A DNA stretch of 53,181 nucleotides from Acidimicrobiia bacterium (GTDB lineage Bacteria > Actinomycetota > Acidimicrobiia > Spongiisociales > JAENVV01). Each line of letters starts with the position of its first letter. Positions within the stretch are counted from its first letter, which is position 1. Below are positions 17,559 through 25,166 of the stretch, in pieces. The notes under the pieces are model-generated. The model ran no database searches and was not told where the DNA came from. It worked only from the letters and a program-made list of their open reading frames with translations. The stretch is from positions 1-53,181 of the forward strand of contig JBFGJH010000017.1 in the NCBI GenBank assembly GCA_041577335.1, read 5' to 3'. The position numbers were made by a program, and so were the translations under genes.

Positions 17559-20527
17559 CTGACAAACGCCTCCCGTCCTTCGGGAAAGGCCGGGCATACC
17601 AGTCTCACCGAACATCGCTCGCATTTCGGGCTCACCCGCGGGTTCCAGTTCTCGGCCGCGATTCCGTCGGCGATGGCGCTCAGCCGCTCCCTGATCTCAG
17701 GTAGGCGGGTGGGGTCGAGCGCTCGATAGGTCGGCCGGGGGCGGCCGAGTGGGAACCACAGCTCCGCTTCGGCCGGTTCTCCGAATTCGAGTATCTGGGG
17801 GTCCTCGAGAGCGGCGAGGAGATAGAAACCCAATTGAAGGGAGGTGGCGGCATCGTCCTTGGTTGTAACCGTCGCGGACGTCTTGTAGTCGACGATGCGG
17901 ATGAGGCCGTCCTCTTCCTCGATCCGATCTGCACGGCCAATCCAGGCGACACCATCGATGTCGAGCGAAAGCGGATGTTCGAGCAGCCTCACCCGTGCAT
18001 TCGGCCGGATCCACTCGTCGTACAGCGCGTCGATGAGGCCCCGTGCCCGCCTTCGCCACGCAACCCGGCGCTCGCCGACGCCGAGCTCGTAGAACTCGAA
18101 TGCAGCCTCGAGTGCGGCGGCCGCATCCTCGCGCGTCGAGCGCGGAGCTCCGCGCTCCAGCGCCGCGCGCTCGGCCAACTCGAGCACGTCGTGGATCATG
18201 GTGCCAAACGTCCCGTACGGGCCGTAATCGGCGTCGACCGCCAATCGCCGCTCCAGGGCATATCTGCGCGGACAGGCGTCGTACTTCTCTGCCTGGCTCG
18301 GTGAGAGGCGGAGCGGCGGCGCAACCACGCCAGTATCCGGTCCTTTCGGGCGGATCGTGGTGAAAGACGACGCGGGCCGCACGCCAGGATTCGGCCGCCT
18401 GACCAGCAGGTCCACTGCTGCCAAGCGAGACGGCGCCGGGCCGGTGGGGTCTGCGGCCATTCGACGCAACGATGCTTCTGCTTCGAGATAGGTGAGCGGC
18501 GTATCGTCACCTTCCGCCGTTGGACCTGTGAGGATTTCGCGTCCGGCTACCACGCTGAGAAAGCGGCTGGGCCGTTCGTTGCCGAGATCGAATCCGGCCG
18601 TAGTGGAGGTCCAAACGACTCGGCGCGAGGCTCTGGTGGTGGCCGTGTAGGCGAGACGGGTCTCTTCTCGCATCTGTTCGGCCGCTTCGGTCGCCGGGTC
18701 CTCGATCCATTGAGTCCCAAGCCGTCTGGGCTGAAGAAGCGACCGGTGTCTTCGCAGGTCGGGGAACACGTCCTCGACGGCGTCGGCGACGAACACCACG
18801 TCGAAGTCGAGGCCCTTGGCCTGGTGCAACGTGGTGAGAGTGACCCGCTCTTGGTTGGTTGCCCCGAGCGTCAGCAGCGGTTCCGCTTCGAAATCGTCGC
18901 TCTCGGCCAGCCGCCGGTATTCGAGGAGGGATCGGTGCGGATCACGCTCGTACAGCCTCCCCAGCGACTGGCTGAAGGACGCCAGTGCTGCCCGCCAATC
19001 CGAACGTGCTCCGACGTCCACCACGGAGGCGAATTGGGGTAGGGCGGTCCAGGCATGCCAGAAACCAGCGGAGGCGGGTTGATCGACGGCCCAGGAGGGA
19101 TCCGCCAGTAGCGCGGCGAGGTGGTGGGCGTCGTCGAAGGTCTCACCGAGGATCGTCGACCATCTGCTGTCGGTGAGATACCTGGCTCGGAGCGCTCGCC
19201 GCTCTGCTCCCAAGGTCAGTCGGAACAACGGACCCAACAGCAATCGCCGCACGGCCCGATCGACCTCGGCCGCCATCGTCGGTCCCAGCGGGGCGGCGTC
19301 GTTGGCTGCCGCGAAGGCAAGATCGAAAACGGCTCGGACGGCGGGATGGTCGACGAGGCGTGCGTCTGGAGTGTTATGAGTGATGCCGCGGCGGGAGAGT
19401 GCCCGTGACAGCTCGTTGAGCAGGCCCCGCTTGGTACGGACCAGCACCGCCACACGCGATGGAGAGATCTGATCGGTGAGAGTCATCCGCTGGATCTCTG
19501 CCGCGATCCACTCGGCCTCCTCCGACGCCTGGCTGAACACGTACGCCTCGACCGATCCGTGATGAGGAGCCGGCGCAACCTCGTCGGCATTGCCCGAGTG
19601 GCCACGCCCCAGGAGACGGCGCCCCGCCTCGAGGACCTGTGAGGGGCAGCGAAACGATTGAGCGAGGGTGATCGTGCGGACTGGGCCGTGGTGGGAGAAG
19701 TCGTCGGCGAACGACAGGATGTTTCCCGGCTCGGCGCCGCGAAACCGGTAAATCGACTGGTCGGGGTCGCCGGCCACTGCGACATTGCCGTGTCCGGCAG
19801 CCAGATGTTGGATCATGAGCCCCTGGGAGGCGGTGGTGTCCTGGTATTCATCGACCAGCACATAGGAGAACTGTTCGGCGACGGCTTCCACGACGCCTTC
19901 GGTTGACAGCACGCGCACGGCTTGCGCCTGGAGCGTGCCGTAATCGATGCGGCCATGGGCTTTGAGCTCGTCGAGATATCGACGCCGGAAACGCGCCAAG
20001 CCGCGCCAATCGGGGTGGGCGGCCTCTCGCTGGGCGAGATCTTCATCGTCAACCAGATATTCCTGACTCCGCATGATGAAGTCCGCGACCTCTCGGGCGA
20101 ACGTCTGCGTGGTCAGGATGGTACGGAATGTCGGTGACCATTGGCCGTCAGGCTCGGTGCTGAGCAGGTCTTTCACCACGGCGACCTGCTCGGGGCCCGT
20201 GAGCAGGGTTGGCATGGCCGGCCAACCGAGGTGCTCGGGCGCGTACGTCTCGAGAATGCGATACGCGAGAGAGTGGAACGTGACACCTCGGGGTGGAGTT
20301 CCGCCGGCTTGGGCTCTGATTCGCTGGGTGAGCCGATCGGCTGCGCGCCGCGAAAACGTAAGGACGGCCATGGATCTTGGTGGCACCCCCTGTTCCACCA
20401 GGTATGCGCATCGGCGAGCCAAGAACTCGGTCTTTCCCGTGCCCGGCCCGGCGAGGATCAGCTGCGGTCCGGAAGCGTCCGCCACGGCGGCAGGCCAATC
20501 CCCAGGGTTCAAACGAACGGTTTCCAC
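17555..20527 (-). CDS. adnA: AdnA-like helicase-nuclease
   Basis: AGPGTGKT, VDEYQD, GDPDQSIYRFRGA, TLHQAKGLDFD; GRADRI..IVDYKTS; CPR...CERCSVRLVC; GTG 20527 lies 7 nt after TACTCT. Confidence 0.83.
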   Translation of the reverse strand: METVRLNPGDWPAAVADASGPQLILAGPGTGKTEFLARRCAYLVEQGVPPRSMAVLTFSRRAADRLTQRIRAQAGGTPPRGVTFHSLAYRILETYAPEHLGWPAMPTLLTGPEQVAVVKDLLSTEPDGQWSPTFRTILTTQTFAREVADFIMRSQEYLVDDEDLAQREAAHPDWRGLARFRRRYLDELKAHGRIDYGTLQAQAVRVLSTEGVVEAVAEQFSYVLVDEYQDTTASQGLMIQHLAAGHGNVAVAGDPDQSIYRFRGAEPGNILSFADDFSHHGPVRTITLAQSFRCPSQVLEAGRRLLGRGHSGNADEVAPAPHHGSVEAYVFSQASEEAEWIAAEIQRMTLTDQISPSRVAVLVRTKRGLLNELSRALSRRGITHNTPDARLVDHPAVRAVFDLAFAAANDAAPLGPTMAAEVDRAVRRLLLGPLFRLTLGAERRALRARYLTDSRWSTILGETFDDAHHLAALLADPSWAVDQPASAGFWHAWTALPQFASVVDVGARSDWRAALASFSQSLGRLYERDPHRSLLEYRRLAESDDFEAEPLLTLGATNQERVTLTTLHQAKGLDFDVVFVADAVEDVFPDLRRHRSLLQPRRLGTQWIEDPATEAAEQMREETRLAYTATTRASRRVVWTSTTAGFDLGNERPSRFLSVVAGREILTGPTAEGDDTPLTYLEAEASLRRMAADPTGPAPSRLAAVDLLVRRPNPGVRPASSFTTIRPKGPDTGVVAPPLRLSPSQAEKYDACPRRYALERRLAVDADYGPYGTFGTMIHDVLELAERAALERGAPRSTREDAAAALEAAFEFYELGVGERRVAWRRRARGLIDALYDEWIRPNARVRLLEHPLSLDIDGVAWIGRADRIEEEDGLIRIVDYKTSATVTTKDDAATSLQLGFYLLAALEDPQILEFGEPAEAELWFPLGRPRPTYRALDPTRLPEIRERLSAIADGIAAENWNPRVSPKCERCSVRLVCPAFPEGREAFVR

Positions 20528-20561
20528 CGCGCTCAGAGTAGAGCGAAGTCGGGCGCCGCTG

Positions 20562-20684
20562 TCAGGCCGCGAGCGAGTATTCGTCGCTCTCCGAACGGCA
20601 CACTGGACAGTCGGCGTGGTCGCCGCTGAAGATCTCGTCGACCGTGATTCCGAAGCTTGCAAAGAGTTCGTGTACTGATTTCAT
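20562..20684 (-). CDS. 40-aa microprotein with a CxxC motif and ssrA-like C-terminus (not in the ORF track)
   Basis: MKSVHELFASFGITVDEIFSGDHADCPVCRSESDEYSLAA*; the ATG lies 6 nt after the -10 of a PafBC-type promoter. Confidence 0.65.
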   Translation of the reverse strand: MKSVHELFASFGITVDEIFSGDHADCPVCRSESDEYSLAA

Positions 20685-20690
20685 GTCATC

Positions 20691-20712
20691 AACATACGAT
20701 GAGGGTGTGACA
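20691..20712 (-). promoter_or_regulatory. PafBC/RecA-NDp-type promoter upstream of the microprotein and adnAB
   Basis: Minus strand TGTCAC-ACCCTCATCG(10 nt)-TATGTT. Confidence 0.72.
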
Positions 20713-20836
20713 TATTCTCATCGGAGGCGAATCGTGAGTCCGACGGGCCACCTCATCATCGAAGCACACGCCTGATTCGGACAGGTGCGCCTCATTTCCG
20801 CTGTCGGCGCGGTGAGCGGGCTGCCGGAGCCTCGCC

Positions 20837-21529
20837 CTAGCGACGGCCCATGAACAAACGAAGGATGTACCAGAACATCAGCGCCACGGCTGCGAAGAGC
20901 TCGAGAGCTGCCGCGACGTAGCGGTCGGTTGGGAAGTGGTGCAACACATTCGAGGTGTTGTAGAGAATGACTGCCCCAGCGAACACGATCATCGCAATCG
21001 AGAAGAGCGTGCCCAACTCGAAGCCGACGAGTACGGACGCCACGATGGCGGCCAGTGCTCCGAATCCAATCCAGATGAGCGCCGTCCGCATGAAGGAGAA
21101 ATCCTTGCGGGTGACGAACACGATGCCCGTGAGAACGGTGAAGCCCACGAGGGTGGCGAACGCCGCAGAGGTGATTACACCCGGATACGACGTCGCGGCG
21201 AGGAGCAAGATCGGGGCAAAGATCAAGGCCTCGGCAACCACGTAGATCCCCAAGGCGAGGTACTGGAGCGGTCGAGACAGCGCTCGGTGGGCCATCGAGG
21301 AAGCCACCGAGGCGATCGCGATGAAGCCGAAGATGATGAGCAACCAGTTCGTTCTCAGGACGAAGTCGAGCAGCGTTTCGGCAATTCCGCTCGCGAAGAA
21401 GACGTATTCGACGGCGACGAAGGCCATGATCGCCGCGAAGAGATGAGCATACGTGCGCGTGATGAACGCAGAGCGCTCTCCCACACTGGAGGCGTCAGCC
21501 GGAATCCGAGGAATGTCCATTTCTCGCAC
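20837..21529 (-). CDS. Bax inhibitor-1/YccA family membrane protein
   Basis: ERSAFITRTYAHL, TRKDFSFM, ILYNTSNVL...YVAAALELF; about 7 TM helices; AAGGAG RBS before GTG 21529. Confidence 0.9.
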   Translation of the reverse strand: MREMDIPRIPADASSVGERSAFITRTYAHLFAAIMAFVAVEYVFFASGIAETLLDFVLRTNWLLIIFGFIAIASVASSMAHRALSRPLQYLALGIYVVAEALIFAPILLLAATSYPGVITSAAFATLVGFTVLTGIVFVTRKDFSFMRTALIWIGFGALAAIVASVLVGFELGTLFSIAMIVFAGAVILYNTSNVLHHFPTDRYVAAALELFAAVALMFWYILRLFMGRR

Positions 21530-21621
21530 GATGTCTCCTTGTTTGCCAGGCCATGCCCGGCTCGTAACCAGACATGGTATCGGGTTTGACCGGTAATCCG
21601 TGAGGAAGGTTCCGCGGAATC

Positions 21622-21643
21622 TGTCAGTGTGGCGTCGTACGGT
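21622..21643 (+). promoter_or_regulatory. PafBC/RecA-NDp-type promoter, leaderless
   Basis: TGTCAG-TGTGGCGTCG-TACGGT (= TGTCAGTG-N8-TANNNT), 7 nt before ATG 21651. Confidence 0.78.
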
Positions 21644-21650
21644 CGGAGTC

Positions 21651-21884
21651 ATGGACACGATGACCCACCAGATCAGACCCCACGAGCACGAGGCGCTACG
21701 CAGCGAGGCCGGCGTTTCCCTGATCGATGATGCCGAGTTGTTCGGGGCCCCCGTCTTGGCCTTCGACCAGTCGCTCTTCGTTTGCCCCAACTGCGAGCAC
21801 GGGCATAGCGCGATGCTGGAGTTGCAGAGCCTGTACACCGAGGTCGCCTCTTGTGCCGACTGTGGAATCGTGCTGGCTGCCTGA
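21651..21884 (+). CDS. Small zinc-ribbon protein (77 aa) ending in -LAA
   Basis: MDTMTHQIRPHEHE...CPNC...CADCGIVLAA*; ATG at the leaderless position after the promoter. Confidence 0.72.
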   Translation: MDTMTHQIRPHEHEALRSEAGVSLIDDAELFGAPVLAFDQSLFVCPNCEHGHSAMLELQSLYTEVASCADCGIVLAA

Positions 21885-21897
21885 CGAAGTCAAGGGC

Positions 21898-22329
21898 CTA
21901 CCAGGAGGCAAGATCTCCAGGAGTTTCTTTGATCGGGAGGTGGTCCTGGTACGGGCGGAGAGTGCCCGATCTCGAGATCGTGGCGAGACTCAAACCATGT
22001 TCCAGGGCTGCCGGTGCGAGATGTTGAGGATCACGTTCCACCAGAATCGCCACTCGACTGTACTTGGCGATTTCGGCGAGGCTCCTGACGGTCGCCGACA
22101 GAGCTTGGCGATCACGCTCGCCGACCGGGCGATCGCCAAGCCGATCGCCGCGTCGGAGGTAGCCGAATCCAAAGGCCGAGCACAGGGCTCCCAACACCGG
22201 GAAAGAGAAATCGCCTGGTTCGTCCGACGATCGTCCGTCGACCAAGGTATCGACTCGATTCAGCTCGAGCAGGCGCGCCAACTCCGAATAGGAGAGATCC
22301 GATCTCAGGATGAGGTACAGGTCGTGCAC
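21898..22329 (-). CDS. Hypothetical protein, distant DUF488-like
   Basis: LLELNRVDTLVDGRS...GFGYLRRGDRLGDRP resembles the DUF488 pattern; fills the gap before gdh. Confidence 0.5.
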   Translation of the reverse strand: MHDLYLILRSDLSYSELARLLELNRVDTLVDGRSSDEPGDFSFPVLGALCSAFGFGYLRRGDRLGDRPVGERDRQALSATVRSLAEIAKYSRVAILVERDPQHLAPAALEHGLSLATISRSGTLRPYQDHLPIKETPGDLASW

Positions 22330-22414
22330 GATCTTCGCAGTCTCGAATTCGGGGCGGTCTCAGCCGCGCCGGCCAGTGTGAAGCCTCTAACTTAGTGAGG
22401 ACGCGAGGAGACAG

Positions 22415-23683
22415 ATGGAGTCCGAAGTACTCGAGTGGGAATCGCCGATGTTCGCCGAGGCGGTCGGCCAGTTCGATCGCGTGGCCACGTTCATAGGACT
22501 CGACGAAAACGTCGCTGCTCGGCTGCGCACGCCGCAACGGTCGCTGGTGGTCACTTTCCCGTTTCGGCGCGATGAGTATGGCGAGGTCGACACCCTGTAC
22601 GGGTATCGCGTTCAGCACGTACTCACGATGGGCCCAACCAAGGGTGGGATTCGATATGCGCCCGACGTGAACCTCGGCGAGGTCGCTGCGCTAGCCATGC
22701 TGATGACCTGGAAGTGCTCCATTGTCGGATTGCCCTTCGGAGGCGCCAAAGGGGGTGTCCGGGTTACGCCTCAGGGGCTCACGAGAGCCGAGATGCAGCG
22801 CGTCACCCGTCGGTACACGGCCGAGATCATCAACTTCATCGGCCCCAGCAACGACATCCCGGCTCCCGATCTCGGCACGAATGAGCAAGTGATGGCATGG
22901 CTGATGGACACGTACTCGCAGCACGTCGGGCACGCGACGCCGGCGGTGGTTACTGGAAAGCCCCCTGAGCTCGGCGGATCCATCGCCAGACGGGAGGCCA
23001 CGGGTCGAGGAGTTGTCAGCCTGCTCCCATCGGCGGCTGCTCACGTTGGCATGGAAGTAGATGGGGCCCGGGTTGCAATCCACGGCTTCGGCAACGTCGG
23101 CAGGTATGCCGCCGTGGCGGCGGCCGAGATCGGCTGCCAAGTGGTGGCAGTCTCCGATATCTCGGGCGGCCTGTACAACCCGGCCGGACTGCCCATTGCC
23201 AAAGTCACCGAATGGGTCGACTCGCACGGAACGTTGGAAGGCTGCCCGGAGGGCGAGCCAATCTCCAACGAGGACGTCTTCCTCGTGGATTGCGAGGTGC
23301 TGATCCCGGCCGCCGTGGGCGGCGTGATCACCGACAAGAACGCTCGGGACATCACCGCAAAGATCGTCTTGGAGGGGGCCAACAACCCGACCACGGGAGC
23401 TGCCGATGCCATTCTCGACAGTCGTGGCGTGTTCCTCGTTCCCGACATCCTGGCCAACGCCGGTGGGGTGACCGTGTCCTATTTCGAGTGGGTCCAGGAT
23501 CTCCAAAACTACTTCTGGTCGGAAAACGAAATCGTCGGGCGGCTCAGGGAGATCATGAGTAGGGCCTTCGACGACGTGCTGGCCGTTTCCGAAAAACGGC
23601 AGGTGAACATGCGAACCGCAGCCCTCATCAAAGGAATCGAACGGGTCGCGCAGGCCAAGCTGGTTCGGGGCGTCTATCCCTGA
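22415..23683 (+). CDS. gdhA: Glutamate (Glu/Leu/Phe/Val) dehydrogenase
   Basis: GPTKGGIRY, LPFGGAKGG, DIPAPD, VVTGKP, HGFGNVG, EGANNP, PDILANAGGVTVSYFEW. Confidence 0.95.
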   Translation: MESEVLEWESPMFAEAVGQFDRVATFIGLDENVAARLRTPQRSLVVTFPFRRDEYGEVDTLYGYRVQHVLTMGPTKGGIRYAPDVNLGEVAALAMLMTWKCSIVGLPFGGAKGGVRVTPQGLTRAEMQRVTRRYTAEIINFIGPSNDIPAPDLGTNEQVMAWLMDTYSQHVGHATPAVVTGKPPELGGSIARREATGRGVVSLLPSAAAHVGMEVDGARVAIHGFGNVGRYAAVAAAEIGCQVVAVSDISGGLYNPAGLPIAKVTEWVDSHGTLEGCPEGEPISNEDVFLVDCEVLIPAAVGGVITDKNARDITAKIVLEGANNPTTGAADAILDSRGVFLVPDILANAGGVTVSYFEWVQDLQNYFWSENEIVGRLREIMSRAFDDVLAVSEKRQVNMRTAALIKGIERVAQAKLVRGVYP

Positions 23684-23750
23684 GCGTCCTCGGGGCCCGC
23701 GACGGCCAACGAGGAGGTGATGGAGCTCCATCGGAGCTAAATTACAAATG

Positions 23751-23772
23751 TGTCACTTCGGTGGCGTATAGT
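23751..23772 (+). promoter_or_regulatory. PafBC/RecA-NDp-type promoter, leaderless
   Basis: TGTCAC-TTCGGTGGCG-TATAGT, 7 nt before ATG 23780. Confidence 0.75.
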
Positions 23773-23779
23773 CCCACTC

Positions 23780-24589
23780 ATGGCACTGGAACGCCTTTCA
23801 CCTAGCCGAGCGTCAGACTTCAAGCTCTGCCCGCAGCTCTTCAAATTCAGATCGATCGACAAGATCCCCGAACCCACCACGGTGCATCAAGCGCGGGGAA
23901 CAACTGCTCACCTCGCCCTGCAGAACCTTTACGACCTCCCGGCGAGCGAACGGACGGCCGATGCGCTCTACGACCTGTTCCGCGAGGCCTGGTCTGAGCT
24001 CCGCCACGACGAGGAGTTCTTGGACTTGTTCGAATCGATCGAAGAGGAGCGATCGTGGGGGCTCGAATCGATGGAACTGCTCCGTAACTATTTTGCGGTG
24101 GAGGATCCCACCAAGATCACGCCACTCGATCGTGAGCTCGACATGACGGAAGACCTGGACGGCGGCTTGGTCATTCGGGGAATCCTCGACCGGATCGATG
24201 AGCTTCCCAACGGCGACCTCGTGATACTCGACTACAAGACGGGGAAAGCTCCTCCAGAGCGCTACTCGCTGCCTGCATTCTTTGCGCTCAAGATCTACGC
24301 GCTTCTTGTTCGCCAACGGTTGGGCAAGACGCCGGTCGAGCTCCGCCTCATGTACCTGAACGGCCCGACTCTGTATCGGATTCCTGTCCACGATCGCCAG
24401 CTCGATGCGATGGACCAGCAGCTGCGAGCGCTGTGGCAGCGGATCAACCTCTGCATCGAAACGGACACGTTCCCTCCGCGTGTCAACAAGCTGTGCGACT
24501 GGTGCTCCTATCAGGACCGGTGTCCCGCGTTCGCCGAGGCCCAGTCACAAGCGGAGGCCGAAGAGCTGTCTGTCGCGGCCGTCGGCTGA
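23780..24589 (+). CDS. RecB-family PD-(D/E)xK exonuclease with 4-Cys (Fe-S) motif
   Basis: LSPSRASDFKLCP, RGILDRID, ILDYKTG, CDWCSYQDRCP. Confidence 0.9.
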   Translation: MALERLSPSRASDFKLCPQLFKFRSIDKIPEPTTVHQARGTTAHLALQNLYDLPASERTADALYDLFREAWSELRHDEEFLDLFESIEEERSWGLESMELLRNYFAVEDPTKITPLDRELDMTEDLDGGLVIRGILDRIDELPNGDLVILDYKTGKAPPERYSLPAFFALKIYALLVRQRLGKTPVELRLMYLNGPTLYRIPVHDRQLDAMDQQLRALWQRINLCIETDTFPPRVNKLCDWCSYQDRCPAFAEAQSQAEAEELSVAAVG

Positions 24590-24602
24590 GAAAAACCTGG
24601 GT

Positions 24603-24658
24603 TCGCGAATTCTTTCCATCAATCTGGCTTGCAGAGTGCCCGGCGGAACAAGTACTTT
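24603..24658 (+). promoter_or_regulatory. Promoter of structured RNA 1: TCGCGAA box, -35 TTGCAG, -10 TACTTT
   Basis: TCGCGAA 24603-24609, 19 nt, TTGCAG 24629-24634, 18 nt, TACTTT 24653-24658. Confidence 0.65.
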
Positions 24659-24664
24659 GATCTG

Positions 24665-24818
24665 ACCGTCGCAGGGGAGACCCTGAGGCGGATCGGTGAA
24701 GCTTCGGTTTCATCGAAGCGGCCAGGAGGTCGGGCTTTCGGGTCCGGAGGAATGGTCGCACGGAAGGCCCCGAGGGGACGAAGGTGAGAGCCGGAGTCTC
24801 AGCGGGGTCTTTCGCTTT
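24665..24818 (+). ncRNA. Putative structured ncRNA 1 (~155 nt, four hairpins)
   Basis: Consecutive stems capped by GAGA (24677), UUCG (24703), UUCG (24737) and GAGA (24786); G-U pairs fix the strand; last stem followed by a U-rich tail. Confidence 0.7.
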
Positions 24819-24952
24819 GCGTCGACCCTCGTAGGCTCGGGTCGAGCTGTGCCTCACCTTCGGCTCGGCTTCGTTCTGTTCGTGCGAGCCCTCCGTGCCG
24901 CCGCGCATCCGCCGCACCTCCCTGCTCGGAGATCCTGCTTCGTCGGCGACGC

Positions 24953-24983
24953 ATGACTCACGACTCATGACTCATGACTCATG
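24953..24983. repeat. Tandem heptamer repeat (ATGACTC) x~4.4
   Basis: ATGACTC ACGACTC ATGACTC ATGACTC ATG. Confidence 0.9.
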
Positions 24984-25084
24984 GGTCTTGGGTCGAACCT
25001 ACGGCCTGTCGATCGAGTTCCAACTCTTGGACGGGTTCCAAGGCGTGTCGTAAAAACGATCCCAAAGCGGGGTAATTCGAGGGG

Positions 25085-25159
25085 TCGCGAAAGTTTCCAA
25101 AATCTCGCGAAATCTACCTACGCTCTGAGCTTGATCCCGGGATGCGGCTGTTCTACTTT
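25085..25159 (+). promoter_or_regulatory. Promoter of structured RNA 2: two TCGCGAA boxes, -35 TTGATC, -10 TACTTT
   Basis: TCGCGAA 25085-25091 and 25105-25111, 19 nt, TTGATC 25131-25136, 17 nt, TACTTT 25154-25159. Confidence 0.7.
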
Positions 25160-25166
25160 CCTACTT

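Noticed and set aside
23780..24589. Cas4 of a CRISPR system
   Set aside because: No cas1/cas2 or array in the window; fits a stand-alone RecB-family nuclease with a repair-type promoter
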